A DNA stretch of 64,000 nt, from the NCBI GenBank assembly GCA_013239625.1, contig MU053934.1, positions 3,862,399 to 3,926,398 on the forward strand, in the 5' to 3' direction. Of the stretch, positions 42,401 through 57,700 are shown in pieces. Below the pieces are notes generated by a model. That model was not told the origin of the DNA, did not search any database, and saw only the letters and a list, made by a program, of their open reading frames with translations. A program made the position numbers and the translations under genes. Numbering within the stretch: position 1 is the stretch's first letter; every line of letters begins with the position of its first letter. The stretch comes from Lama guanicoe (taxonomy: Eukaryota).

Positions 42401-44084
42401 TGACCCGCTCTGGTCACGTTTCTGTGCTGGGGCCCCATGATTTACAAACCATTTACTTCACTTTCAGGCAGCCCTCACTGTTTACAAACCATTTTCCCCA
42501 ACATGATCTCATGTTTTTTCTCACAGTAACTCTGAAGTAAGTAACATTATCTCCATCTCAGAAATGAGGAAAACGATGTGGAACTGGGTTTTACAGCTTC
42601 TTGGGCTAGTACCAAATGACTTGAGGGTTTTCATAATATGCCCCCCAAATAGTTGATGCTCTGACTCAGATGCAGGTTTCCCAGCACCCAGAGAGGCAGG
42701 TGAAGGCGGCTCCTGGTAGGCTGTCTCCCACAGCTCACCCTGCTCGCAGGACCCTAGGCAGCTCACAGCAGTAGAAGACCCCGCAAACTTCACAGGGTGG
42801 AGTGCTGGGGGCAGAGGATGACACCAGGGTCCCATCCTCTCATACTGAGGACAGGCACCAACCTGGGAAGGATCTTTGCCTGCCCGGGTCCCACAGGCAA
42901 GCAGGATGCTGGCCTGGTGGAGCCCTGGACTTGGCAGAAGTAGGGATTTGCTCCCCGGAAGATCCCCCATGGATCCCCTTCCCTATGTGGTCCACACACC
43001 CCAGAGGGGAGAACATGCAGGATGAAGCTCAGAATCCCAGATGCTCTGGCAGGTCCCCTGTATTTTCTCAATCGACTACATTAAACTTCTGCCAGGGTCG
43101 TGGCAGAGAGCCTGAGGGGAGACACTGGAGTCACCTTTCCAACAAACACGCCCAGAGGCCTCTGGACGCTGTGCTGGGCATGGAAGATCCAGCCTCAGCC
43201 TCAAGGACTCACAGCTCCTCTACACAACAGGGGTACCTGGAGGCCTTGCCCCACCACCCTGTGCAAGAGGTGAGTGTATAGATGTAAGAGAGCCCTGAGA
43301 AAGCACCAACTGCCTTGGCCAAGGCCAGGGAGAGGGTCAGGGAAGGCCCCAAAACGGCAGGGACTTTGGGGCAGTCTCTCCAGAGAGTAACCAAGCTCCA
43401 GCTGTGAAGTCACCGAGCAGGGTTCCTGCCAGACTCCACTGCCTGCGAGCTGACTTCACCTCTCAGGGCGTCAGTTTCCTCACCTATAATATTTGAGGCT
43501 GACCACATCATTGACGAGGGTGTGTACTGCTTTACACAAGTCCCATTAATAAATGGAGACAGAATGCAGCCAAAAAATTGCAACTCCTAACACAAATAAC
43601 AGACATAGATAAGGCTCATTAATGGATGAAAAACCACTAGGTGAGTGGCTGACGGGGGACTTGGTAAGGAATGGAGCAGGCAGCACCCTCTGAAGCCACA
43701 GTCAAGATCAACGTCACCAGAAAGGGGCCACCAGAGATGTCAAGCCTCCTAACGGGGTGCACAGGAACCAGACAGCACCACCTAGGAAGGACTCTTACCC
43801 AAAAAGTGATAACATGTTTCTCGAACTCACCACCAGTGTCCAGGATACACAGAGGGTAGTGGGACAGATGAAATGATACCACAAGGAAGCAGCAGCCAAA
43901 GCCAGGCCATGGGACAGTCTATAGGACAAATGACCCAATTTCTTCAACGAATTAGTGGCTTATAAACAAAGGTGGCTGAGGAGCTGTTATGGAACAAGAG
44001 GCCAAGGAGACATTACAATGAAATGCAACATGCGGATCTTGTTGGGTCCTGATGAGAGCAAACCAACAATTAAAAGAAGACATC

Positions 44085-44244
44085 ACTGGATAAACAACAG
44101 GGTCCTCCTATAGAGCACAGGGAACTATATTCAGTATCTTGTAATAGCCTATAGTGAAAAAAAACATGAAGAGGAATACACATATGTGTAACTGAATCAC
44201 TGTGTCGTACATCAGAAATTAACACAACATTGTAAACCTACCAC
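44085..44244 (+). mobile_element. Short younger L1 3'-end fragment (artiodactyl-type)
   Basis: Contains tatagagcacagggaactatattcagtatcttgtaata...gtaactgaatcact...aacacaacattgtaaac, resembling the 3' end of the L1 at 30.7-31.8 kb. Flanked by an aaagaagac(atc) duplication. Confidence 0.7.
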
Positions 44245-44865
44245 AAAGAAGACGACGACAATGACGACGATGACAACGACGACATCTTTGAAATAGAAAG
44301 TACACAAGAATTCTTGCCAATTCTGTTAGGCATGATAATGGCATGGTGGGTATGTCAAAATAAAGGTCCTTGTCAATGGGGGAAGAACGATCTTTTCAAT
44401 GAACAGTACTGGGACAACTGGCTACCCAGAGGCAAAACAACAACAACAACAACAAAAAGGAACCTTAAACCCTTATACCATATACAAAAATTAATTCAAA
44501 ACGGATTATGGATTTGAGTGTAAGGCTACAAAACTTTTAGAAGACACAAAAGAAAGTCTTTGAAACTGAGGACCAGGCAAAATGTTCTTAGACTTGACAC
44601 CAAACGTATGACCCATAAAAGGAAAACCTGATAAACTGGACTGTGAAAGTAAAAAATTTCATGCCGTGACTCCGTGAAGAGGATGAAAAGGCAAGCCACG
44701 TAGTGTAAGAAAATATTTGCAAGCCACGTATCCTACAAATGACCAGCATCTAGAATACAGAGTATAGGAAGAAAGCTCAAAGCTCAACACTAAAAAAAAA
44801 AAAATCCAATCAGAAAATGTGCAAAAGACATAAACAGACATTTCACTCAAAAACTATCATAAACA

Positions 44866-45732
<867 letters not shown>

Positions 45733-46899
45733 AAAAACTATCATGAACACATAAACAGTTGTTCAACATTAGCAATCAGGGAAATACAAACTAAAACCAC
45801 AACAAGATAGCACTACCTACCTGTAAATACACAACATTACCTCAAATGTTGGTGAGAATGCAGAAAAACTGATCACACATACATTCCTGGTGGGAATATA
45901 AAATGGTAGAGCCACTCTGGAAGAGTTTGGCAGTTTCTTGTAAAACTAACATGCACTTACCACACAACCCAGTAATCACTCTTAGACATTTATCCTGGAG
46001 AAATGAAAACATACTTTCACACAAAAACCTATACACAAATGTTCACAGCAGCTGTATTTGTAATCACCAAAACCTGAAAACAATCCAAATGTCCTTCAAC
46101 CAGTAAACTATAAAACTCTGGTACAGCCAGATCATGGAGTGCTACTCAGCAACAAAAAGGAACAAAGTATGGTTACAGGCAGCAATCCAGATGGATCTCA
46201 GGGCATTATGTTAAGTGAAAATAGCCAACCTCAAAAGGTCACGTGCTGTCTGATTACATTTGTATAACATTCTCAAAATGACAAATCTATAAAGATGGAG
46301 AACAGATTGGCGGTTGGCAGAGGACAGCAAGGAAGACGTGTGCACAAATATAAAGGGGGCATCAGGAGGAGTTCCCTCCAGGTGGTGAGATACTTTGTAT
46401 CTCGATAGTGGTGGTGGCTACATGAGTCTACCGGTGATAAACCTGCATAGTGAAAACTGCGTAAGGTCTGTAGTCCAGGTAACAGTACCGCATTAACGTC
46501 CACGTCCCGGTTTTGATATTGTCCTACAGCAATACGAGATGCCAAGACTGGGGGAAGACAGGTACATGGGACTCTACACACTATTTCTGCAACTTCCTGT
46601 GAGCCTGTAATTATTTCAAAAATTTTTTTTAATTTCAAATTTTTAGTTTTTTAAACGGTCCTTATCAAGTAGAGATGCATACTGATCTATTTAAGGGTGA
46701 AAAATAACATGACATCTAGGATTTTACTCTTCAAAAAGGGGGAGAGGCACAGATGCAACAAGACTGTAAGATGCTGCTAACTGTTGAAGCTGAGTGACTG
46801 ACAGGTAGAAATGCATTTTACTATGTGCTCTACTTCTGTGTGTTAGAAATTTTCTGTAATAAAAAGCTTGAGACAGTAGAACAGGAGAATTTTCTACCA

Positions 46900-47898
46900 A
46901 ATTTGTAATGAGACTGGCAGTGACTCAGGAAATCATCTCTATCAGAGATTTACTGGTTACCTTACAAGACAGAAAAAGCCAATAAGAAAAGCAATCAGAA
47001 AGATTCATCAAACTTAACAGAGCTCAGCACATCTTTCTTTTACCAAAAAATATTCCAAATTTGCCCATTTTTTCCTATGATTATTGGCATCAGAGATGCT
47101 CCCCGGTAATGTTTTCAAAGCATGTTTAATATGTCCCTTCACAGGAAAGTCATGTTATCACAGTGAATGAGAAAGGAACCACTCTTTGAGAGAAACCTCA
47201 GCTACGGCCAGAGCCTTCTAGAAGAGTAAATTTGAAAATGTTTCTCTTGTGGGATTTTGTCACCAAAAACAATCCGTCTGTAACTTACAAAAGCCCTCAT
47301 ATCCGAGCTCCTAAAAACCTACGTAACAGAATTTTCTAATCTGTTTAAAAATTTCCAAAGCATTTGAGTGGGTTTTGGACTCATGTGTTAAGAACTTTAA
47401 AATACCTTCCATTTAGTTTACAAAAACATCTGATTGGCATCAGGCAAGATGGAAATGTACTAGCCAAGTTTCAACAAATCCTCTGTGTACGCAATGGACG
47501 GGATGGAAAAATGAGTAACCCGATTTAGAAAGAAAGCCAGTGATGCGTTTCCTCTGTGTGCAGCTACGTGTCCCAGGCAGGGATCTTTTTCAGGGAGAGC
47601 AGCCATTTAAACCAAGTACCTAAACAAACTGCCCTCTCCTGGAGCATTAAAGCACAGTTTCCAAAAATAAGTACATGAAGCCAGAAGGTTTCTGTACCAC
47701 CAACAAAACTTTTTTCATTTTTAAAAATTATTACGCCTTTAACTCATCCTTTGATTTCTATTTTTGGTGCAGGTTTTTTTTGGGGGGGTGTTTTTTATGA
47801 CGTACAAGTAAGTACATCAATAGCCAATACTGGAGGTGCATGCCCCCAAAGTTTTTACTGATAGGGATGTGTGAATAAAGAAAGTGTGAAGACTGGTG
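46900..47898 (+). mobile_element. hAT-Charlie DNA transposon fossil
   Basis: AT-rich decayed transposase-like segment (gattggcatcaggcaagatggaaatgtactagccaagtttcaac) and a Charlie-like terminus (aaagtttttactgataggg...gaagactggtg). No intact ORF. Confidence 0.55.
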
Positions 47899-50595
47899 CT
47901 GTAAGCAGTGGGAAAAGCCAGTCGCTGACCCGGCTCCTAACCTTCCCAGCAACGCCTCTGCCTGTCCTTCAGCCTTCCTCAGTCTCAGGCTGAATCAGAC
48001 AGAAAGCACAGTCAAGGCTTGGTCCCGCCTCTCTCCCAGGGGCCCACCTACCCGCAAGGTGGCTCCACACCTGGGCTCTCACTTGCCCGCCTCCCCGCAG
48101 GCTGGGAAGAGGCAGGGCCACAGTCTGCACCTGGTCCTAGGCTCTGAGTCAGGGAAACTGAGCTGGAATCTCGGCACTGCCACCTGGGTGACTGGATATC
48201 TCTGGATTTATTAGGTGCACCCTGCTGTAGCCAAGGCCCTTGGGCCAAGAGAGATTAGGAATTCAGAGTTTTTCAGATTTTAGGAAGGATTATGGTGCTG
48301 TATATGGCACGTACGTAGTGACACCCCCAAAATCAAACACATAGTATTTCCACAGAGAAAGGTGAGATATTTTTAAAGACCCTAATTATCTTGCATCAAT
48401 TCAGGTCAGATTTTTGCCACGAAATTAGTTTGCTGCAGACTTAGGAAAAACCTTTGGGATTCGGGTGTTCTGGATTCCAGAAAGGTGGAGAAGGGACAGG
48501 CCTTGCACCATCCTCCAGAGCTGCAGGGAGGCTGATGCTCAAGGAAGCAGGAATCAAGTGTGGTTTATTTTTTCACTTATTTTCAAACATGACCACATCC
48601 TTCCTCCTGACCTGAAATCTCCTGAGAACACGTCAGGCTCCGATGGTGGGATGTAGTCCTGACTCCTCTGCAGAGCCCAGACCCTTGGCAGCTGGGTCCC
48701 AGCCTCCCTCCCTGCCTCTCTGAGCACTGGCAACACTAGGTCCCTGCACATGGAACCCCGGCCCCTGTGCCAACGCATCCTCCCCTCTGCCCTGACTGCT
48801 TGTGGCCAGTGACAATTGCACTCACAAGCCATCCTAAACATCACAGCTTCACCCAGGGCCAGCCCACTCCCGCCCAGCTGCACCATGCTCCCTCCATGAG
48901 GTTGGTTCTGACATCGTCTCCCCACATCTGACTCATCTATCTCTAGGCCTAGCACAGTGCCAGAAACACAGCAGGGATCTGGAAGAGAAGAATCAGTCAA
49001 TCAAATGACTGACTGAAGGCCTGGAATTAAGCCACCTGCTGAAGGCCGCTGGTCGCTGGTCCCCTCCCCACCATCCAGGGCTCAGCTGGAGGACCTGGAC
49101 GTTGGGCTGGAGGGAGGGATGGGCTGGGTGAAGGCAAAGGAAGGAGGCAGAGTCACACCATCTCACACATATCTGCCAACGTGGAGAGGCCACGCCAGTG
49201 GGGGCAAAGGGACTTGTCCTCAGTGCTCCATCAGAACACAACCTGCTCCACCTAGTGTGAGCAACAGGAAGGTGAGCGTCTGCCAAGATACAGATGTTTT
49301 TACCACCTGGCACAACCTAGCAATGTTCTGGTTGCTTCTAGAATAAGGAAGCTCCTAATGAAACAGGGTCAGAAGTCTCCTGGGGTAGGAACACTGATCG
49401 CGGAACCTCTGTAGGGCAGTTTACTCTCCCCTGTCTTCTACCCAACCACCCTGCAAGCTTCTGGAGACCAGAGGTCATGTTCTATGTGCAACCTTGATCC
49501 CGGATCTCCCTCAGAGCCTGGACATGGTTAGCACTCAACAGGCTTTGGCTGGACAAGGGGGCAACTGAATGAATGTCTGCCCTTTACAACTCCAACACTA
49601 TGACACTCTCCACCGCCACCGTGCCCACCCCAGGGAGTGGCACATTCGCCTGCTCCCCCCACAGACCTTTATCCCCACCTGCCTTGACAGCTGTCACCTT
49701 CTACAACCTACTGCAGTTTGCACATGGCACGTCTTTCCTGGTCTTTCCTAGCACTGACCACAACTGTGATTCGATCTGTTCACTTAACATCCTGTGAGTT
49801 GGGCTCCATGAGGGCAGGGACCATGTGCTGTGATGAAAAGTTACTTGCTGGATGACTGCTTTGGGCAGGTGTCAACAGACACTGGGAAGGGGTGTGCCCA
49901 GAGCAGGAAATCTGCCCTAGGCTGCTGCTGGGGGAGGGGGGCATCATGGCCTGACTGACAGATCACCTGTGGCACTCTACAGGTGACAAAGCACTCCTGA
50001 CAGCCGTGTGGAGTGAGTCTCACTGCAGTCAGAGCATCCCGGCAGGGGTACTGCGGTCCCTTAGGAGGGCTGTGGGGAGCACCAAGCCACAGGGTGGACA
50101 GAGCTCACCTCACAGGCCGAGAAAGCCAGGCTTCAGGGGACCAGGGTCAGGAAAACCCAGCTCACGAGGAAAGGGAAGAGTGCCAGGTTATGAAGGTCCT
50201 CCCCACCTCAGCGGCCAGAAGGGTGCTTGAGAGCGCAGGATCAGAGTACAGGGAAGTGGGGGTCACGAGTAAAATTCAACCAGGCCCTGGCGAGGCCTGA
50301 TGAACCGTGCCACACCTAGAAAACGACTCAGAGTGATGCAAGCGCTCACCTCCCCTGATACAGCCCCCACCCTGCCCTTCTCCACAGAAGACATCTTCTG
50401 GCCGACTCCCCTTCTGAAGACACCCACCTTTTCCAGAACAGCTACAGAGCGACGTGTAGTCACTAAACTCGGCCACCTGCCTTAGAATTTAGGTATTCCA
50501 GAGCATCTTACCACCTCAGACAGATTTTATTCTTAGTCATTTCACTTCATGCTTGGGGGATATCTTGTTGTCTTGTGTCTCCCACAAATTTCCTA

Positions 50596-51026
50596 TGTGG
50601 AAGGCTGAATAGTGGCCGCCCAAAGGTGTCCACATCCTAAACTCCCCACCTGTGAATTTTACTTTACATGGCCAAAAGGACCTTGCCGGTGTGATAAAGT
50701 TAAGGATCCTGAGATAAAGAGATTATCCCCGATTATCTGGGTGGGCCAGATATAATCACAAGGGTCCTTAGAAGAGTGAAGCAGGAGGGTGTGCCTGTGA
50801 GACTCTGAAGCTGGAGGAAGGGCCTGAGCCAAAGAACCCAAGTGGTCTCCAGAAGCTAGAAAAGGCAAGGAACCTCCAGAAGGAACAGAGCCCTGCCAAT
50901 GCCATGATTTTAGCTCCGTGAAATACACTCTGGATTTCTGATCTCAAAACTGGAAGACAATACATTCGTACTTTAAGTCACTGAGTTTCTGGCAGTTCGT
51001 TACAGCAGCAGCAGGAAACCAATACA
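50596..51026 (+). mobile_element. MaLR solo LTR (MLT1D-like)
   Basis: TG...CA ends; typical motifs cccaaaggtgtccacatcctaa, gattatccccgattatctgggtgggcc, ttacagcagcagcaggaaaccaataca. Confidence 0.8.
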
Positions 51027-52648
51027 CCCAGTTCACAGATGAGGAAACAGAGGCCTGGAGGGCTAACATCGTTTGTCCACAGAATTGGTAAGTGGCTCCT
51101 CACGCTGCCTGAGCTGTCCTGACAGGTCCCCAGATTTCCAAGGGCTGTTAAGGAGCAGTGGGCTCTGAAGTCAGACTTCTGGACTTGACTTCCAACCCTG
51201 CCACTGACTCGCTTTGTGTCTGTGGGCAAGTTACACAACCTCTCCTTGCTGCAGCTTCCTCAGCTGTAAGATGGGGCCGCAGCCACACTGAGCTAGGAGA
51301 GCTGTGGGCAATAAACGAGTTACTACGGGAAAGCGCTGAGAACAGGGCCCGGCACCGCACCTTGTTCAGTCAGTCCAGCCTGAGGCCAACCAGGCCAGGA
51401 GAGCACATCCCCAACTGTCCCCGAGACCCAGGCCAGCCCTGTCTCTGCTGGTTGGCTCCTTTTTAAACCTTCTGAGGTCATATTTTCATTCATTAGTTTT
51501 GGCTCCAAAGCCTTTTGAGCGGCAGCCACGAAGCACTACATGCACGCATGCAGGGCTCTGGAACCTGAACGTGGCCTGGGGAGGGATTCCGGTTCTTACA
51601 TTTAAGACACACAGAGAAACCACGACCTTCACAGGGCTCACGAGGCAGCGCCTGACTTGAGGGCGGTTCATCCAAACTGAACTGACTGCTGCTCCCACTT
51701 TGGTGGCCGGGACTGGCTGGCCGGCCCTCCGGTCTCCCGGGGCTGTGTACTCTGTGAACTTCTGGGCCGCTGCCTTTGGGGGGAGGCTGACCCACATCAG
51801 AGCAGGTCAGCAGCCCACAGCCTGGCCCCTCTCCAGAGGGGATTAGAGGGAAAGCGCAGCGGGCCGGAGCAGTGCTGCCCGGTTGGCCTTTGGAGAAAGG
51901 ATCACGTGCCCTCGCGAGGGGGCAGGGCCCGTCTCTCAGTCCCACTCCCCTTCAATCACCACACAAGCCAGGGCCACTCCAGTGCTCCACACCTGTCCCT
52001 CTTCTCCTGGGGCCAAGTTCCCACGAATCTCTCAACTAGGAAAGAAGAACCATCCAACTGTGTATCATCTATCCTTCATTTCGGGACGTGGGGTAGTGCA
52101 GAAATAAAAGAGAATGACAAAGTAATCCAAAATCCCTCAGTGGGATTACTTAATTCAGCCTTAAAATTAAGTCTTTTTTTTTTTCAATACATACCAGGCC
52201 AAATTTTGATCCTTTCAGTTCTCTCCCAAACTGAGACAGATGGGCCAATGCTCAGCTTCTCTAACTGGACTCTCTAACTGTGTTCCTCTAATGAGACCAC
52301 CTTTCCAGCCAGCTAAACCCGTCCTGAGCAAACAGGTCCCCTTCAGATGCGGAACCTGGACCTCAACAGTCCCGCTGGCCCATGGAAACAGGGTGTTTTA
52401 GCCAAGAATCTGTCCTGACCTCTGCGACCCTTTTGGTAGGAAGCCCGGCCCCTGCCAGGGTACCTGGACAGAAATCCCAGCCTGAACCTCATTCACACTT
52501 TCATGTGTGTACTGAGTGGGGTGAGCCAGTGTTCCACCCTGTGTGTACACCCACAGACAAGAACAAGAAATGTCAAAGCAGCCCTGCTGATAACAGTAAA
52601 AGCCTGGACACAACACAAATGCCCACCCTCGGAATGAATAAATAATGA

Positions 52649-52842
52649 CAGCTGACCCTTGTACAGCAGTGGGTCAGGGACACTGACCCTCGGGGGTCAA
52701 AAATCCATGCATAACTTATGGTCAGCCTTCTGTATCTGCAGATTCAACCAACTGCGGATCATGCAGCACTGTATTTATTGGAAAAAATCCATGTAAAAGT
52801 GGACCCACGCAGTTCAAAGCCATGTTGTTCAAGGGTCAACTG
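52649..52842. mobile_element. Tigger-family MITE (Tigger2/MER8-like)
   Basis: TIRs cagctgacccttgtaca ... tgttcaagggtcaactg followed by TA. Embedded in a degenerate L1 fragment (~52500-53150). Confidence 0.8.
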
Positions 52843-54145
52843 TATATTTAAACAGTGGACTTCGACGCCGCAGTGCGCAAGAACAAAGACTGCCCTACAT
52901 AACTGGATGACTCTCGCTAGAGGATTTTCTATATGATTCCGTTTACGAGAAGGTCAAAACCAGTCAATACCGATGAGGTGTGAGTAGTGGCTACCTGGGA
53001 GGTTAGTGACCCAGAGGAGGCTCCAGGGAGGGGCTGGAAACGGCCTGCAGCTTGATCTGGATAGTAGTTTACACAGGATTTATAGATATAAAAATCCATC
53101 GCACTGTACATCTAAGATTTGTGTACTTTACTGTAGTAAGTTAATAAACATTTACCTTTGAGCACCTCCCACGTGCTAAGTCCAAAGGGTATCTCAGGCA
53201 AGTCTTTAAACCTTAAGAGCTTACAGCCCCGTGGGGAAGAAAATACACTCAAGTAACAGTACAAGATTGCCCGTGGCCAGTGGGACAGGTGGTGAGAGGG
53301 GCCCAGGGGTCGGTATCACTCACGATGGACGGGAAGTGGGAGAATAAACTGATCAAATGCAGGAGTTCTGGAGGCAGCCAGACCTGTGTCCAAATCCTAA
53401 TTCTCGCTGTGTGGCCCGGACAAGATGTTTGCTCTGCTGCTTCATCCGTGCGGGGGAGTCACGGTAGCTGCACATTTCGTGGGTCCTCGTGAAGATGGGA
53501 GAAGGAATGCACACAAGGTGCTGGGGGATGAGGCTCGTTATTCCTGCTGTGAGGCTGGGCCCGCCTGTGCCAGGCACCGGGGCTCACAGATGTGAAAACA
53601 GGCTGTCCACCACAGCGCCTGATCCCGCCACAAAGAGGGCAGCCGGCCTTCACTTCCTTAGCAAACGACAAATCAGGGGCCCTGGACATTATATGGACTT
53701 TGCCTAAAGCAGCCCACAGCCCAGCGGGGAACCAGACACCTAGGACACAATGTAAGAGACTTTAAGTGCCAGCAGAGAGGAACAGATAAAGAAGCAGGGG
53801 AGGTCAGAGTGCCGTGCAGAGGAGGAAACTGAGCTGGGTCTTGAAAGGCGGACGGGATTTGGGCACGTGGAGGCCGCTACATTATGGAACGAAAGGCCAT
53901 CAGGCAGAGAGACAGGCATGTAGACAGAGTGTATCTTGCATATCTGTGGTGCCAGCAAAGGCACGGAAGTGGGAAGGTGGGGAGGCACGTGGGGGAAAGA
54001 GCGATCAGTCAAGTGTGGCTTAACCAGAGATCCAGTAAGTAGGGCCTGGGCAGGGACTTTATTTATGTGCTACTGGGGAAGCCCCTGAAGGTTTCAGAGG
54101 TCAGGAAATAAGCATATCAGAGCAGGGATTTAAAATGACAAGCCA

Positions 54146-54304
54146 AGAGAGGGAGGGTATAGCTCAGTGGTAGAGTGCCTGCTTATTTAGCATGCATATG
54201 GTCCTGGGTTCAATCTCCAGTGCCATTAAAAATAAATAAATAAAAACCTAATCCCTCCCAAAAATTTTTCTTCCAAGTAAATAAAATAAATTTAAAAAAT
54301 AAAA
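54146..54304 (+). mobile_element. tRNA-derived SINE, camelid Vic-1-like
   Basis: gggagggtatagctcagtggtagag (A box) ... gggttcaatctccag (B box); AAAT-rich tail; 15-bp TSD taaaat(g/t)acaagcca at 54131-54145 and 54305-54319. Confidence 0.85.
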
Positions 54305-54721
54305 TAAAATTACAAGCCACACAACAGGAGTGTTCTGGAGAGACCAGAGGGAGGTGGCTACATGTCTCCAGGGCTGGATGAGGGGCTAGATTTCCCAAGG
54401 AACACCCAAGACCCCACACCTGGCTCCCTTTGTGAGACCCAAGCTTGCATTTTTGATGAGTGGGTGGTCAGGGCCCTGAGTGAGGATGGCTGGTCCTTGA
54501 GGAGGTAGGTAGCCTTGACTGTTCCACACTGGACAAGAGGTAGGTTTCTTATGGTTCTTGTTGATTGAATTTTGTTCATTTAAATTTTTTGGGAAAGTCA
54601 CATATTCACATGAATCGGCACTCAAAAGGTACTGAGGGTCTCAAGTGAACTGTCTCTGGGCACCAGCTCCCACCCTAGAGGCACCCCAATCACCAACGTC
54701 TGGGAATCCCCAGAGACCCAA

Positions 54722-54725
<4 letters not shown>

Positions 54726-54758
<33 letters not shown>
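54726..54758. repeat. (GT)n microsatellite
   Basis: Visible dinucleotide run. Confidence 0.9.
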
Positions 54759-54762
<4 letters not shown>

Positions 54763-57700
54763 AGCAAATGCACTTACCACTTCCTTTTACTTTCGCACAA
54801 AGCCACACCAGACAACGCCCTGCACCTGTTCCTTCCACACCAATCTGCCTCGGTGACTGTTCTGTGTCTGTGTGTGGTGTCTCTGTCTTCTTTTTTATGG
54901 CTGCACACTATTCTATGGTTTGGATGGACAATAATTTGCTCCTGGCCCCCTGCCGATGAACTTTGAGAAGGTTGCTTCCCATTTTTTGCTATTAAAAATG
55001 AGGCAACAATGACTAACCCTGCGAATAAGTCATTTTGCACATGTGGTATCTTATCTGTAGGATAAATTCCTAGTAGTGCAACTGCTGGGTGAAAGAAAGC
55101 CTTCAAGCATCTATAATTTTGAAAATGTTGCTAGAGAGGCTGGATGCAATTTAATCGCTCATCCAGAAAATAAGCCTAATTATTGGGGAAAATACTGACA
55201 ATGTGTAGTTCCAAGGATGCCCAGATGAAGAAAGAAAAAAGCCCCATTTTCAGCAGACAGAGCACTGGGTCAGCAGGCTGCTCTGGACCTGGATCAGCCT
55301 CGAACTTACCCAGTGCCCTGGTCCACAAACTCACATTTCCTATCTGTGAGTGAAGGGCCAGACCCACCAGCCCCTAGGCCTTTCCTAGCAGACTGGCTGT
55401 GGGGCCCTGGTCCCAGGGAAGGTAGAAGGCTGGACGGTGACTGGAGTCACCATAACATTCAGCCTTAATTGGTCTCCCTGGGCAAAGGCACCAGGGCTAG
55501 TAGAGGAGCAGGCAGGCCACGGAATGTGCACTAGAAGCAGGCCTGATGGGGAGGGGGTGGGAGTGGAGAGCCCGAGGGGTCAGGTGCTTCCAGTCTGGTC
55601 ATCCTAAACGAGTGACAAGCACCTCTTTCCACGTCCCCTGCACAAGCTGTAGAGGCACCACAGATATGCAAGATACACTCTGTCTCCATGACCTTCACTG
55701 CTATGTCCACATGGACCTGTTATGCAACAGCCATGGCCACTTGAACCCCAGTCAACAAGTGGGCAGCTGGCAGAGGATGGAGGCGGACCCCTGGGTACCT
55801 AGTGTCCTCCCTGTGAGTGACAGCAGTTGGGCAAATCCAGTGGGTAGGGCAGGGCTTCCTCCCACCCCCACAAATCCAGCTCAACTACTGGGAACTATAA
55901 ATGGAAGAAATGGTCTCCTGCCCTCAACCGAGTGGGAGACACCTCTTGGCAAACGAAAGCCAGCATTCGAGAGGCAGAACCCCCACCAACCTTCCCATTT
56001 CCCAGCCCATGCTCTGCTCCAACAGACTGGACGGCCAGGAACGCCTGAAAATCAAATCATACTTAAATACACTGAGGTTATCGCTATTAACATTTTCAAA
56101 CCACCACACAGCACGTCTACCTTTGTAAAGCAAATGTGTACTGTTCTGGTAAATTGAGACTTTCATACATCCTGTTTATTTAAAACCCAACGACAAACTT
56201 GTGTAGATGCACTTCTCTTCCTGGAGGTGGGGCAGTGACACCAAATGCTCTTGGAGAGCTCGCTCCCTCCATCCCTCCACTCACCTGCTCCAGGTGGTCC
56301 CACTACCTGGAAAGCCTTCCCCAGCTTCTCCACCTGCCAACCTCCACTGTCCATCAGAGCCCGCAGCTCAGCTGCCCTTCCCCCGGGGAGCCTCGGCTCC
56401 TTAGCCCACCGGCAGGCAGAGCAGACTGCTGCCTCCTGGGGCCCCCACAGCTTCCACCTGACCCTCTACTAACACTCTCCAAGTCTAAGCAGCAATTCCA
56501 CCTGCTGGGCTTCCCAGTGGCACTGCAGGCTCTCTGGGGGTGCAGCTGTGCTAGAGGGGCCACTCAGCACAGCAAGGGCACAGGATTCGAAATGGAAAAC
56601 CTGGATTCTTCCTTCCACAGGATCTGAGGCAAATGCACCCTTCTGAGTCTCAGTCTATCCACCTACAAAATAGGCACAATAATTCCAGGGCCACTGGGAG
56701 GATTAAATGAAACAATATTTGTGAAAAGTAATTTGCAAACTGCAAAGCCCTACACCAACTCTGTTGAGGATTCGTAATATTATTATTAACTAGTATGCTA
56801 ACATTAACTAATATTAATTTATTCACACACATTCCTTCCCCAACACCTAGCACTGTGCCTACAGGAGCCCAAAATGACTGCTGATGGAATCCCAGATTCT
56901 CTGCTCATTCTAGATGGAATGAAAAACACGGCGGCTAGAGATGGAGACCAGGAGCCTCTGCCAGTGGCTACAGCATCAGCAAAAGCCACAGGGTTAGTTA
57001 TTTTTCCCTCGGAGCTTTCCCGTAAGTGATGACCCAGAGGACATTGGTGAACAGCACTGCCCAGCAGAGTGGACGTTCTTGGCCACCTGCCAGCAGGACA
57101 GGCCCTGCCTGGGTGCAGGCTATCCACAGGGGCTGTAGCAGGAGAGAAATACAGGTACCAAACTCCAGATATTTCCCCCGGGGTGGAGAGGACGTCTGAT
57201 CTTAAAATCCCTTTCCAGAGGGATTTCCAGACTTCCTGAGGTCTCACTCCACCCGTTTCGTTGAGGTGAAGGTAGGGGACAGCCTCCTGGGGGGCTCAAG
57301 GCTTTCTAACCTGGGGACTCCCCTGAGCCCTGCGGCATCCAAGAAGTGGGCAGAAGGGGAAGAGTAGCCCACCAGAGGGCAAGTGACTGGTCCAAGGTCA
57401 TCACCCAGGGTCTCTGACTCTGCAGTGTTCTGCCTGCCTCTCATGCCATAGTGCCATCCAGCAAAAAGGTTGGAGATCTCATCGTTTCCACAGAGACCTT
57501 GAAATAAAGCACCAAGGGGCTCTTTTTCAGAACTTCTCTGATTCCTTCATACCTATGGCTAACTTTTTCATGTCACGGGTAAACGCTTATGACCCAGTGC
57601 TATGTGAATAACAAGGTAATGCAGGATTATGCCTAGAAGGAAAATATGCCCAATCTCCAACAGTGATTATTTCTTGGTTATTGGAAATTTGAGGGGATTT

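Noticed and set aside
54150..54222. Possible tRNA gene (A and B boxes)
   Set aside because: It has an AAAT tail and TSDs, and the acceptor stem and anticodon arm are disrupted, so it is a SINE.
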